Assembly: GCF_964355755.1 (NCBI RefSeq)
Contig: NC_092670.1
Coordinates: 10,650,795 to 10,714,794 of the forward strand
DNA length: 64,000 nucleotides
Reading direction: 5' to 3'
Source: Antedon mediterranea
Lineage: Eukaryota; Animalia; Echinodermata
Made by a program: the position numbers and the translations under genes. Shown in pieces: positions 13,825-27,155 of this stretch. How positions within the stretch are numbered: position 1 is the first letter of the stretch; the number at the start of each line of letters is the position of its first letter. The notes below the pieces were generated by a model, which was not told the DNA's origin, made no database searches, and was given only the letters and a program-made list of their open reading frames with translations.

Positions 13825-14985
13825 TTGACATCTACTTCTAGTAAGATAACCTGTGGCGTCCCGCAAGGGACTAAGCTTGGTCCCGTGTTATTCTTGGTGC
13901 TCATTAATGATGCATGTGTCGGAAGCTGCAGAAGGTGGAAATACGTAGATGACCTCACCCTGTTAGTTAGTAAAGGAGCAAGGCCTGCAATGCAAGAGAT
14001 GCTTAATGATGTTAATGATTGGTGTAGAAAGAATAATATGATCCCAAAGCCCTCTAAGTGCCATACTGTTAACTTTTTGAAAGACATCAGCGTTGACGCT
14101 GCGTCTCCCATTTTTAATCTAGATGGCTCCAACCTTGATGTAGTAGAACATATGAGATTGCTTGGCGTCATAATTCAAAGTAATTTGAAGTGGGACCTCA
14201 ACACCCAAGATATTGTCTCACGGGCATCAAGAAGACTCTTTGCTCTATGTATTTTTAAAAAAGTCAGTGTTGTTCTTGATGACCTAATCACTGTGTACAC
14301 TTCCTACATTAGGCCCATCTTGGAATACGCTTGCCAGGTATGGCATGGTGCTATTACCAAGAAAATGGCCAACAGCATTGAGACCATTCAGAAAAGAGCA
14401 TGTCGAATAATGTTAGGTGCTACCTACATTTCCTATGACAATGCCCTAGAGGTTACAGGGTTACCTTCTCTCGAGGCAAGGAGAGACACTCTTATGTTGT
14501 CCTTTGGCAGGGGGTTACTCAAGTCCAACTGTTTTCGAGACATGCTACCTCCTTGCCAAGGGCAGAAGAGAAGAGAACCCTTAGGTCTAATACAACTAGT
14601 ACCGGAAGTCTCCTTCCCCCCAAGTGTAAAACTGAAACCAAAGGTCTGCCATACATACGATTGTTAAGTTTATTAATGCTAACTGATATGGGTTGATTTC
14701 CATGATTATTTCTTACTTTCTCGATGCCGTTTTGACTTTTTATATAATAATTTTAATAATGTATACTAATAATAATCTTAAATAATAATAATAATAATGA
14801 CGTACTTAATTTTATGAACGAATAATATTGTATTTTGTGTTTTATAATATATAGTTATTTTTCTATACTGTTTATAATTGTGCCTCTTTTACTTGTAATT
14901 ATATGTATATTGATTGTAAACAAACGTTATCAGCCAATGGCTGGTGTTTTTGTATGTGTTTTTAAACCTAAATAAATAAATAAAT
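13825..14985 (+). mobile_element. 5'-truncated CR1/L2-group LINE (RT C-terminal half, (AAAT)n tail)
   Basis: GVPQGTKLGP, KYVDD, LLGVII, IRPILEYACQVW and IETIQKRA motifs; TAAATAAATAAATAAA tail near 14970. Confidence 0.85.
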
Positions 14986-17207
14986 TATGACAGGTAGCGT
15001 TAGGTTCGACGACAGTGATATTCCGTCGGCTTCACATACAATGTAAATAGATAGATAAATGAGGAAAGTAAGTAGATTAAATTCTCATGAGCCTTTATGA
15101 CTCTTTTATTCATAAACTTGCCAACTACAGTATTGATTAATAACAAAGATACAAGAACTACGGGATTTTAAAGTCAATTTACGTCTCACTCACTCAAAAT
15201 CAAAACGAATACAGAACAACAGTTATTTAAACATCTACGACGATTCTGCAGAACACCAAATATTGTACGTAACTATGACAGAAGTACACTGAATGAAATC
15301 ACTGCAAAATGTAGCTGGACATCTCTCAAGCAACAATATCTAACACTGCTTTCAAGTCAAGAATCATAATGGTGTATCACAATTTTTCAAGATGCATAAT
15401 TGGCGTGAATGGTAAATCAATAACTTATGTACTACTTTTAAATTGGTATTCACTTTTATTATACCTGCCTTAGTACAATTCCAACTAATTTGATACATCT
15501 CATAACCCCGGACACCAGTATCTCCCTGTATTCACCAACCTCCACCCCTCTTCAATCACATCCCTCACTCGGGTGGAAAAAAAATCCTTCCCAGAAACCA
15601 AACTATAGCTTCATAATAAGAGGCCAAGAGGATTATGCACAACCATGATAGGCCTATGGTTTAGATACTTTGCAAACTGTGTAAATTAATAGGTGTCGTA
15701 TTGGCTAATGATTAAAATATCAAGACAGCTACGTATGATACTGCTGAATTACCTTAGCCCAAGGCTTTTTTACTCCTCTCCCTATCCCAGCCACAATCAA
15801 CAAACCCTAACTCCTTTCTAGAACAGTTCAATCCCAATCATGTTGTCCTTCATTAGCCCCAAAACGCCAGTATCTCCACCCCACTAGGTTTGAGACGTTT
15901 CTAGTATAAATTATATTGAGCCATACAGTATATCACTCCCAACCCATAACCCCGCAGTGGAAGTTTTTTTTAAATATAGTTTAAAACATTTCCAGTAGAG
16001 TTTCAGCCATGTTGATAGGCCTACGACCCACCCCAAACTCCCAACCCAAACTCCCAACTCCTTTCCAGAAATACTCCCAACTCCTTTCCAGAAATACTTT
16101 TTCAAATTGATAGCCTACTACTCTTAGCCCAAGCAAAAATCCCCACCATTCCTTTTACCGCAACTCCCCCTCCCCCTCCTGACTTTGGGAATTTTTTAAA
16201 TGTAGTTTAAAACCTTCACAGACAATTGCAGTAATTTTGATAGCCATAAGTATGGTTACGTGCAGAAACAGAAATTTGTATAACGAACAGAAAAACACAA
16301 AAAGTGGAAAAAAAGTTTGGAATTTTGACCCATAACATGTATTCAAGATGGCGGATGATGTTCAATATAGTTTAGAACCTTCCCTGTACCATTACGGTCA
16401 TTTTGATACCCCATATGTGTGCAGTAACAAAAATGTGTATAACTAACATACAAACATCAAAGTACAAGCAGATTCATAAGTTAAATTCATACAAAAAGAA
16501 TTGATCAAATTTTTGTTTTTTCTGAAAGTGATTTTTGACGCTAATACATTCAAAGTTGAATTTTGTAGTTGTTTATTTGCTTTTTAATATTTATATACTT
16601 TTACCTTTACCTTGGAAAATACATTAGCATTCATCTTGTGTTTCCTTATGTCACTAATTTCTTAGATCAAAACCAATATAATAAGATATATAATATGTAG
16701 GCCTACATTTATTGTAAGTTTTTATTTAATTTTTAATCATTTCAAAACAAGATTCAATTTAAAAACTACTGCAAATATCCATTGAAAATACTCCTAAAAT
16801 TAGATTAAGATTTATGATTAGATATCAATTTGATTTTATTAATTAAAAACAACAATAATAATAATGTTACTATTATGCATTTATTAGCATAGTTTTAAAA
16901 TATTAATTAAATTCTTAATAAAATTAATAATTTTTTTACATTATATTATTTGGTATAATATTTAAAAATGATTAATAACAACAAATTCATTGTTACTATA
17001 TTATATACTTTAAAATTCAAAATAAAAAATTCCATATAATAAATTTTAAACAAATCACAGTTGATATGACATTGACAATATATTGATTATTAATGTTATA
17101 ACATTTGGATTATTATAATAAAATAATTATTTAATGATAAGGCAAAATGATATTCAAAAGAAACAAAGAAGAATCTAAATTATTCAATAATTACAGATTC
17201 TGATTTG

Positions 17208-17321
17208 TTATGGTGCTCTTTTAACCATCATCCCTTCAAAAGCATTCCAGTTGATGCCTTTAGAATCATGTGTATCTGGTGTAAGGTAAATCCCATTCAG
17301 GTCTGAATCATGAACATTCTC
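17208..17321 (-). pseudogene. Post-stop variant cassette of the FReD C-terminal binding loops (copy B)
   Basis: Directly after the TAA and in frame it reads ENVHDSDLNGIYLTPDTHDSKGINWNAFEGMMVKRAP*. Confidence 0.85.
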
Positions 17322-18261
17322 TTATGGTGCTCTTTTAACCATCATCACTGTCTTCTTGAGACTGTTGTTATTATTATCGAAATGATACCAGCTGATGCCT
17401 TTATTACCAACTGTACCTGGTGTAAGGTAAAGGCCATTCAGGTTTGAATGATGACAGTTATTGTACCACCAAGCACCTTTGTTATACTCAGCACAGTTAC
17501 TACCACTATTCTTATCATTGTCTCTATCATACGTTGTAAATTGGTGACCATTGCTGTGTTCCAAAGAATCACCTAAACAAACAAGATAATATTAGATCAT
17601 CTTTAGTTTACTTCATAAATCTTAAATTAACATTCATTTTTAAATATTTGTTTTTCTTTGTGTTATAAAATAAAAGATATTTGATATACCAAAAGGGAAA
17701 ATAATAATATACAGTATACCCTAAAATTCGTAATATATTTTATAATTGATTTCATTTATCTGTAAATTGTATGCCATAAATTAAATCATAGCACAATTAT
17801 ATAAATAGTTTTTTTTATATGTACTGTATATATATTTTTTATTAACTATTCTTATATCATAGTTGCTTTATTTTAATATTTTATATATTTTGTTTTGTCA
17901 TAGTTAATTTTACTTTAAAAGCAATGCATTTAATAATGAAGAAGAAAGAAGAAAACACAAGTTATATGAAACTGTACTAGATTCACACTATGATTTTTAA
18001 TTTCAATTTCTTTAACTTTATTTTGTGTACTTTTAAATCAGAGTGGTCCTTAGTTGTTATAACTGGCTCCTTTTTGAGGGACCACTGTCTAAAAAATAAC
18101 TTTAATGTGCGAGTGGGCTATGTTATTGTAAGGTACAAGGAGGATTTTTACAACAAAAATTATTTTGGGTAGAGAATTCTATAATTCTGTAGTTACTGGC
18201 AGTAATTATATTTTGTTATATCTAACCTGTTTGTGCAATTATTTAGCAAGCTTGTTTGGAT

Positions 18262-18415
18262 ATTAATCATACATATACTGTTGCATTGACTGCCTCATAA
18301 ATGCCTACTACATTAATCATACACATACTGTTGCATTGACTGCCTCATAAATTCCTACTACATTAATCATACACATACTGTTGCATTGACTGCCTCATAA
18401 ATGTCTACTACATTA
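18262..18415. repeat. 50-bp minisatellite, 3 copies (same at 59805-59958)
   Basis: Unit ACATTAATCATACACATACTGTTGCATTGACTGCCTCATAAATGCCTACT. Confidence 0.9.
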
Positions 18416-19019
18416 AAACAAAAATCAGTAAATGTAGTTACTGCAGTAAATGCAGTATAATAATTTTAACATGATCTATTGATAAGATAAGTTGTTGTAC
18501 TGTGGGTATGTGAACATTTTAATAGATTCGTTTCAGGCCTGTAAGAAGGAATTGCGAAGTGGGAGGTCCATCCAAAAATGTACTTTATAGACAGTTTACA
18601 TTCAAGATGATCACCTTTGGGCTTTACATTATATTTGAGAAGCGACATCAATTGATAATCAAAAAGTATCAAATGATTATCATTTGTTGTTTAAACTTTT
18701 AAATATTGTGGTCTAATTATGACATGACTGGCTAAAACATGGGGCTATATGTCACAAAGGCGTAGAAGTTTTTTTTGCATGAGATTCACTTCAATATCAT
18801 TATTAGAATTGTTTTGTTCCATTTTCAGATGTTTTTAGAAGCTTTTCTTTTAATGTTTGTCCAATTTCTTTAGCTTTAGTATGTTGCGTATACCGTTATT
18901 TTTAGTCCTACTGTATGGGCCTTGGCTATGATCCCGGATGTTTATAATATGGTGCCTTGTCAAGAAAAGCGGTCATCTATTTGACCTTTGTAATACAAAA
19001 AAATCAATATTTTAAAAAA

Positions 19020-19975
19020 TTAATTTAAACGATCACAAAAGATCTGAAATATCTAAAGGTAACTTTACAGGTTTGATGGTCCTTGACATACAAAAGGCCT
19101 TTGATACAGTCAACCATCAGATATTATTGCAAAAACTGGTTCATATGGGCATTGATAAAGAAGAAAGATTGCAAACAAATGACATCAGTAAATGGCGTTC
19201 AGTCCCAACCATGTACTATATCTAGCGGAGTTCCCCAAGGTAGCATTTTAGGACCTCTTTTTTATGTTATATGCTGAAGATACAATATTGAAGTCCAAAT
19301 CTGGCATCATGTAACAACTGGCTTATACTGTAAACAACAAACTATCATTACATCTTGATAAAACTGAGTCAATATTTTTTGGTACTAAAAGAAAACTTAA
19401 GAATGTTCTTGATTTTGCTGTTATTTTTAAAACTAAGTTGATATGTAAGAAGAATATGATCTCATATCTTGGTTGTTTGCTTGATGAAGACCTGTCTGGA
19501 GAATCTATGGTTCAAAAAGTTCTTGGTAAGAATAATTCAGGACTTAAATTTTTGTATAGACATTCTGCATGTCTAAATTTCTTTTCTCGCAACATTCTAT
19601 GCTCTGCACTCATTACCTGTCACTTTGATTATGCATGTTGCTCCTGGTTTCCAGCTGTTTCTAAAAAACTTAAACAAAGACTTCAAAACAGTCAAAATAA
19701 AGTTGCTAGGTCTATAAAATAAATATATAAATAATCGAGCACATATTGGTAAAGACGAACTGAACCAAATCGGTCAATTATTTTTAGAGGATAGAATTTG
19801 CCAACTCAAACTAAATCATGTTCATAAGATTTTTTATGGAAAATCTGTACCTTATTTGACTGAAAAGTTTAAAAGAGTTTCATCTAACCACCTTTATAGG
19901 ACTAGAAGTAGTGTCAATGGTTTCAGTTCCTAAATCTGATAGTCAAATATCTCAAACTTTTTATTATACAGGCAA
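19020..19975 (+). mobile_element. Degenerate CR1/L2-group LINE RT fragment in the last intron of copy B
   Basis: LDIQKAFDTVNHQILLQKL, GVPQGSILGPL, YLGCLLD and HFDYACCSW motifs across frameshifts. Confidence 0.8.
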
Positions 19976-19989
19976 AAAATATCCACAAA

Positions 19990-20361
19990 CGGTTTCAGAT
20001 TTTCACCAACTGTAAGTTAATCTTTGAGAAAATTCTTTCCGATTTTTTCACACTCGATCCCAGGCCAACAATCGAACGGGCCCACCGAGATGGTAAAAGT
20101 ATGAACGGTAAGCCAAGGCATATCATTGCCCGTTTTCTCTCATACGCTTCTAAGATTGAAGTTATGAAACAACGAAGTTCTGCGCTAGATAGCCAGAAAT
20201 TTTATATCATAGATGATCTTACTGCTGCCGATCTACTGGAAAAAAAGAAATGGAGATCACAAGTAAAAGAGATGTACAATAAAGGTACCAAGCTTCGTTT
20301 TACGGCTGGAAAATGGCGAACTTCAACTGGCATTCCGGTAAACTTTTCGAAATTCCATTGA
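19990..20361 (+). mobile_element. LINE ORF1 fragment (L1 ORF1p/Transposase_22-like RRM-CTD)
   Basis: PTIERAHRDGKSMNGKPRHIIARF...FYIIDDLT motif, followed by a 28-bp tandem duplication at about 20334-20395. Confidence 0.7.
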
Positions 20362-20719
20362 AATAGTTCCGGTAAACTTTTCGAAATTCCATTGCCATAC
20401 TAGTGATCGGAATGTTGTTGTAAACACTTGGACTGACTAAGAATCTTTTATCCATTATTTTCCTTACATCTGCATACTTTGCTTAATTTGTACAAGCCAC
20501 TTGATTGATTTTACATAATAATTTTACAATAGCGTTTTCAGGAGTCTGTTCTCACATAATTGCATTGTCATAAGATGTTTAAATCACTTAAAACCATTTA
20601 TTCACCTTTGTTTTATTGTTACCCCCCAATTCTTAACTTGTTTCTTTATATTTACGTTCTTGTACTTTTCTGTTTTTACGTAACATTACCAGGCATCTTT
20701 TATTACATACTATTGAATA

Positions 20720-22453
20720 AACTGATCACTACTTCCCAAAGCAGACCTAGTATTGATTTATGTAAGCTCCCTACGTATTTACCTGCTAATAAACCCCCTA
20801 ATGTAAAAGAATGGGAAATGTACAATCAATTAAGAAAAGTTAAAGTAAAAAAGTCCCCGGGCCCTGATAATGTGCCTAACAGATTAATAAGAGATTTTGC
20901 ATGCGAACTAAGCATCCCTATGACTAATATCTTAAATGCCTCCCTCAGTGAGGGTCATGTCCCAACTATGTGGAAAGATGCTATTGTTACTCCGGTTCCC
21001 AAAGAAAATGGTTGTACTAGGGTTGACAAATTTCGACCAATCTCACTTACATGTATCCTAGCTAAGGTAGCTGAGGGCTTCATTAAAAAATGGCTCTTAA
21101 CAGATATCGAGAAAAATCTTGATAACAACCAATATGGTTGCCGTAAACACTTTTCTACAACCCATAATTTGGTTGATCTACTAAATGTGTTCTATGAAGG
21201 TAGTAACATTCCCAAATCTGTTGGTCAGTTAGTTTTAACTGACTTTAGTAAAGCATTCGATTGTGTTGACCACACAATAGCAGTTTCTAAATTAGTAACA
21301 CTTGGTTGTAGACAACAAGTACGCTATAAATCCACCTTATCAATGAGTGTTAATCTAACATGTGGCGTCCCTCAAGGTACGCTCCTTGGGCCTATGATCT
21401 TTCTTGCTCTAATTAATGATGCCATGCAAGACTCGCCATGTAAAACTTTGAAATATGTAGATGATTTGTGCATAGGACAGATAGTAAAAAAGGATGTAAT
21501 TTCCTCAATTCAGAATGATGTTGCTTTACTGAATGTATGGTCTAATGAAAACAAACTAAAACTTAACCCAACTAAATGTAAAACTATGTATTTTAACTTT
21601 CAAAGAAATCAATATGAACATGAACCCCTTTTCATTGGTAATGCTACAATTGAAATCGTTAATGAAACTAAGTTACTAGGTTTATGGATACAAGCTAACC
21701 TCAATTGGGACCGTAACGTTAAAGAAATTGTATCCAAAGCCAGCAGACGTCTGCATATATTATGTAGATTAAGAAAGTTCAATCTTCCGAAATTTGATCT
21801 TGTAGATGTATTTAAGAGTTACATAAGACCAAGTGTTGAATATGCTGTCCCAGTATGGCATTCTAGTCTCACTAAGAAACAAAGTGATATGATAGAATCT
21901 GTCCAAAAAAGGGCTTGCAGAATAATATTGTGTAATGACTACATATGTTATGACCAAGCACTCAATGATCTTTCTTTATACACTTTATCTGATAGAAGGC
22001 GTAATCTATGCTATAAGTTTGCTCTGAATTGTTCAAAAAGTATTCATTTTGGAAAATGGTTTCCAGTGAAGAATGTAAGTAACATGAAACTACAGTAAGA
22101 CGTGTAAAGTATCAACAACCCAAATGCAGAGTTGAAAGATATAGAAAAAGTGCAATACCATACCTTATCTCGCTTCTAAATGAATAATCAGTATATATCA
22201 CCCAGTACAGCTTTGCGATTCTTATTGATGCTTTTAGGTGTTTTTTTCTTTTCTATTTTAATATTTTAAGCTAAACTTTTTGAATGTTCCTGTATTGTAT
22301 TTCTTGTGTAAATTGCCTCCTTTTTTATATTTTTTTATCATTGGTTTTGTACTTTTATACAAATTTTAATATTGAACAAATGTAAATGTCTTTGTAATTC
22401 AGCTAAGGCTGCGATAATGATATTGAAATAAATGAAATGAAAAAAAAAAAAAA
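20720..22453 (+). mobile_element. CR1/L2-group LINE RT with 3' UTR and GAAAT/poly(A) tail (internal deletion)
   Basis: KSPGPD, FRPISLT, NQYG, DFSKAFD, GVPQGTLLGP and YVDD motifs; AATAAATGAAATGAAAAAAAA tail. Confidence 0.9.
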
Positions 22454-22485
22454 TTATGTACCGAATTTAGCAAGCTTGTTTGGAT

Positions 22486-22990
22486 ATTAATCATACACAT
22501 ACTGTTGCCTCGACTGCCTCATAAATGCCTACTACATTAATCATACATATACTGCTGCCTCGACTGCCTCATAAATGCCTACTACATTAATCATACACAT
22601 ACTGTTGCATTGACTGCCTCATAAATGCCTACATTAATCATACACATACTGTTGTATTGACTGCCTCATAAATGCCTACTACATTAATCATACACATACT
22701 GTTGCATTGACTGCCTCATAAATGCCTACTACATTAATCATACACATACTGTTGCATTGACTGCCTCATAAATGCCTACTACATTAATCATACACATACT
22801 GTTGCATTAACTGCCTCATAAATGCCTACTACATTAATCATACACATACTGTTGCATTAACTGCCTCATAAATGCCTACTACATTAATCATACACATACT
22901 GTTACATTAACTGCCCCATAAATGCCTACTACAACATTAATCATAAACATACTGTTGCATTGACTGCCTCATAAATGTCTACTACATTAA
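22486..22990. repeat. 50-bp minisatellite, ~10 copies, within a direct repeat (22465-23605) of 18241-19005
   Basis: Same unit as at 18262. The flanking sequence is a diverged copy of the segment on the other side of the LINE block. Confidence 0.9.
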
Positions 22991-23819
22991 AACAAACTAA
23001 AATCAGTAAATGTAGTTACTGCAGTAAATGCAGTATAATAATTTTAAAATTATACCTATTGAATGTCCTTTGACCTTGTGAGTTGTTGCATTACAGAATA
23101 GAAGTTGTTGTTGTACTGTGAGTGCATTTGAACATGTTAGATTTGTTTCAGGCCCGTAAGAACCAATTTTGAAGTGGGAGGTCATCCAAAAATTTACGTT
23201 ATAGAGTGTTTAGAGAGTACTTTGCATTCACCTTTGGGCTTTACATTATGTGAGACGTGGATAATAAAAAAATATCAAATGATTAGTATTTGTTGTTTAA
23301 ACTTTTAAATATTGTGGTCTAATTATGACATGACTGGTGAAAACATGGGGCTATTTCACAGAGGCGTAGAATTATTTTGCATGAGATTCACGTCAATATC
23401 ATTATTAGAATTGTTTTGTTCTACTTTTCAGATGTTTTTAGAGGCTTTTCTTTAAACATTTGTCCAATTTCTTTAAGCTTTAGTATGTTGCATATACCGT
23501 TATTTTTAGTCCTACTGTATGGGCCTTGGCTATGATACCGGATTTTATAATATAATGGCTTGTCAAGAAAAGCGGTAATCTATTTGGCCTTTGTAATACA
23601 AAAAATAGCTATATATTAAGCTAAATTAGGCCTAAGACTAAAATATCAACAAACGAAAAGTTATTCACGAAAAATGTTGTACCTGAAAACGTTATTTGCA
23701 GTATTAATTTGAAATCAGTTTCTTTTATTTCTAACCTAAATAATTTCCAAATATTTTGGTCAAATTCAATTTCCGTTCTTTTATTTGATATTTTTTACAT
23801 GATTTGCAAATAGAAATAA

Positions 23820-24085
23820 AATTTATTGCAAAATCAAAAATACAGAGATATGTGGTCAAGGACCACTTCATTAAATTTTGGAGGCAATCCGGACCACGCT
23901 CTTAATTCTGGACCACTTTTTAGTATTATTTTCAAATCTTCAGATGTTAAAAGATAAGACAGAATTTTCAAAAGCCGGCAAGCAGTCTAAAAGTAACAAG
24001 TAAACTGGAATTGGATTGTCCAAAAACCTCATTTTTGTACAAGAGGCAAGAGTTATAATTTGTGATTTGTAATTTTAAAACATAA
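23820..24085 (-). mobile_element. Fragment of the HINE family found at 54388-55583
   Basis: Reverse-complement match to 55240-55500 (GATATGTGGTCAAGGACCA, AAAAGCCGGC, TTGTACAAGAGGCAAGA). Confidence 0.65.
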
Positions 24086-25487
24086 TTTTATTTAATGTAC
24101 AGTTTTTTTGATACGAGTAGTTTTAAAAAACCTATTTTTTTACAAATGTATTGAATGCACTAACCTGCAGTTCCTGTTTATCCACTGATTGTCAACTTAT
24201 AGTTAGAGTCCTCAGGACCAATGCCAAAGTGAGAATATCTTGCAAACTTCATTTTGTCTAAGTGGTCCCTCATCTCTACTAAGAGCTCAAAACCTCCGTC
24301 AGATGTTATACGATTGATTTGTTCGTTACCAAGCCAGAACTCTGTGTTCACATTTCCAAAACCCTCTTTGTATTCTAACCAATTACGGTAGAAATCAACT
24401 GATCCATCTTGTCTTCTCTGTATAACCTGATAATGAAATGATCTATACTCTAAAGACTTACTAAAACATTGATGGCAAGCCCATCAACTGGAGTAAATGG
24501 AAATAAATGAATTAAGAACCTGACCACTAATATTACGATGAAGGTACCATGTGTAAACTTGTGTATTTAACATTAATATAATGAACGCCGAACACTTGGA
24601 CAGTAATCCGTGGATTAGCTTACCACTTGCGTGAACCACGCCAGTCTTGTGCCGTACATGTGAACGTACCCTTAGCAGGGAGTTGTACTCCCTGCCCTTA
24701 GTAAGCTCTGCCAAGGCTTTTGGAATTGCACTTGCTGATATCTTTGAATAGGTTGGCCTATACTTACCGTCCAACCTCCATCTTTTCTCATGTCACAGTA
24801 TACAATTAACCGTGGACCTCCATCAATTTGCCGTATCACATATTCACCACTCACAGCATAAGGATAATGTTGTAAAATGTCACCACAGTCCCTCATAAAA
24901 CACTCTAAAATTGCACAGTTGGCATTGGCATTACACGATCACATTTTGTTTTGAATACGCAATATTTCAACATAAATTGTGAAGGTTTTATTCAGTGATG
25001 TAGCCACAAGAAATAAAGTGGTGCGGTTGTTGCAAGAAAAAGGAACACTCCCATGTGCAGCCCATGGTTGTCAAAGGCCTGTGGTGAAAAAGTGGTCAGT
25101 TTGAAACCGTACCTACCTGCCCTGTTATTTCAAAGTATTTTTTAACAAAAAGGTTGTTAATAATGTTAGCATACAATTCATTTTTTTAAAAGAGGATTTA
25201 ATTTAAGTTTTTTCAACTTGTTTGCATTGTCGTGAGATGTTTTCCAAGTGATTGTACTAACGTTCTTGTGACCAATGAATCATTCATTCATAGAAAGTAC
25301 TGATGTAGAAGTCGGCGACTCTACAATGGACCAGAGACCTGAGTTGTATATTTTTTTTGTCTCCATTTTTCGTTTAAATACTTTACTTACTTGGAGGAAT
25401 TGGTAGACACACGTCATCCTGACATGAGTGAAAGGTAGCCAGTACAGCTAACATACAGCAGATCATGAATGCTTTAGAATACGTTTT

Positions 25488-26437
25488 ACGCCGTGGTTAG
25501 GATTCCGGTACCGGAACTCAACTTCCCACCGTTATGGAATCCGACACGCTATTGCGCATGCCCAGAGCGAAGTAATTATAGCTTGCACTAGTGCCACAGA
25601 CCACGCACCACATTACCCGAGAGTCGGAGTGTTAACTAGGGATGTACTGTGTAGCCAAAGATAGTGTCACTATCTTTGTTGTGGCCTAGTTAGTCGTCGC
25701 GCAGGGGAGAGAGCGATGGATGAAACTTGGCCTAGGCCATACATGAATTAATAATTACGCCACGCGTTAAAATAATTATTATGATATGCGTATTTCAAGA
25801 AATGTACGAAAATGAATAGCGTAGCGTTGCGAAACCGACTTCTTCCGAACAGTTTTTTTTTCACATCCGCCCGGCGGCTGCTGTCAACAAATCAACTTGT
25901 ATACGATTGCATGATGTTATGTACAGTATATAAGTGCGTTATATAAAATCTTTTATTTTGTACTTGAAAAATCATAAAAATTAAAACTAGTCATGTAATT
26001 ATAATTCATAATTATATAAAGTTTATATATGAATTAAGCAACGACTTTTTTAATTACGAAATAAATAGGCCCAATGGTCACATCTAGCTGGTAGGCCTAC
26101 TAGTATTAGTAGGCATGTAGGCCGGCTAGTTCGCCATGGCGCAGCTATTAAAATGATCGATCGCTGTAAAGCTTGGTTCCCACTAGAACGTAACGCAAGT
26201 GTTTTAACCAATGACAAGCGAAGTTATAGACAGTTAGCAATCACAAGCGAATAAGCCATCGCTTGTGATTGGTCAATTCACTTGCGTTACGTCCTTGTGT
26301 CGATAGTGGGAACCACGCTTTAGTCTGTAGACAAAAATAGAGTCGCTGATTACCTCGCTCTGGGCATGCGCAATAGCGTGTCGGATTCCCTAACGCTGGG
26401 CAGTTGAGTTCCGGTGCCGGAATCCTAACCACGGCGT
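25488..26437. mobile_element. MITE with ~80-bp terminal inverted repeats and a nested small MITE (26170-26320)
   Basis: ACGCCGTGGTTAGGATTCCGG...GCGCATGCCCAGAGCGA is matched by its reverse complement at 26355-26437. The nested GCTTGGTTCCCACTA...TAGTGGGAACCACGC element has relatives near 53878 and 56270. Confidence 0.85.
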
Positions 26438-26957
26438 TCATTTTATGTTACATTTCTTGAAAGCTCACTAAATACAATTGACAGGTTATTTTCATTTAAC
26501 TAGATTAGAAAAGTATGCAGTCAAACGACAAGTATTATGTTGTATTTTCACCTGATCTACCTTGCAGTGTATTAGAAATCGCCAAGTTTCTAGCCATAGG
26601 CAAGTTACTATCACATGTCTAATAGAGTGTTGTTTTGTCTCATATTTGATCAATTGATAATTTTCAAAATAAAATCCATTTTACATACTTGTTTATTTGC
26701 CATAATAAATACTATTTTTAAAGTTCATTAATTTTTACAATTATGAAAGTATTAACATTTCAATTGATACTTTGGAAAAAAAAGTGACCAATAAAGAAAT
26801 TAAATCTAATAATAGCAATAGCATATTTCTAGGTAACTTTGATTGTTATATTCTATAGGCATTCTCACCTTTAAATGGCTGACCAGTAAAAATATTAAAA
26901 ATAGAAGTTTAATTTTATATTGTTCTTTGTTGTTGTTCTTTTAGGCTTGAAGCTTCT

Positions 26958-27155
26958 TGGATAAGGACTATAAACCATAGGTCCAGTGTACACAACTTGC
27001 TCGTGTGCACTTTAAAGAACCTAGTACATCTTTCGAGACGAGTAGGGGGTTACCCCGGTGTATTAGTACATCACAGCCACTGATTACCAACTGGGCCCTC
27101 TGGGAGACCAGTCTTTGACTGAAGAGGTTAGCCAGTATAAATATATATTTCAATC
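26958..27155 (+). mobile_element. SINE-like insertion (3' part)
   Basis: GGATAAGGACTATAAACC...GCACTTTAAAGAACC resembles a conserved invertebrate SINE core. It interrupts a segment that is contiguous at 12994-13064. Confidence 0.45.

Larger units (their letters stand above)
16141..22458 (+). repeat. Recent segmental duplication, copy 1 (partner 57567-64000)
   Basis: The same ORF set recurs at an offset of about 41.54 kb. The 512-aa LINE ORFs differ at only 3 residues, and the same nested LINE block and 3-copy minisatellite are present. Confidence 0.95.
17322..25466 (-). pseudogene. Copy B FReD gene: candidate signal exon 25391-25466, FReD exons 24768-24904, 24165-24426 (TAA at 24178-24180) and 17322-17572
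   Basis: Exon sizes 137/262/251 match the other copies. ISGYTGTAG has become ISG*TGTAG. The terminal exon carries FTTYDRDND...CA...GAWWY..C..SNLNG. The short exon MICCMLAVLATFHSCQDDVCLPIPP ends in a phase-1 GTAAGT donor matching FReD exon 1. Confidence 0.8.

Noticed and set aside
17208-17324. Programmed stop-codon readthrough into the in-frame cassette
   Set aside because: The context is TAA-G, not a leaky TGA-C(TAG) context, and the frame is not preserved across D's two cassettes or C's stub.
20560-20720. Hydrophobic N-terminus on the 512-aa RT ORF (membrane-anchored domesticated RT)
   Set aside because: It has a TTG start and reads through a T-rich UTR-like segment of the preceding LINE fragment. 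The RT itself has an internal deletion (LGC|RQQV), and its conservation in two copies reflects recent duplication only.
17208-22453. Diversity-generating-retroelement analogue (RT next to a variable lectin exon and a template-like repeat)
   Set aside because: The B/D differences are not adenine-restricted (C/T, G/C, GG/CA and others). The neighbouring RTs are ordinary truncated, internally deleted CR1/L2 LINE fragments, and the cassettes are too divergent to be a template repeat.
22486-22990. CRISPR-like array (also considered for 41043-42688)
   Set aside because: Head-to-tail tandem units without unique spacers, no cas genes, and a eukaryotic context.
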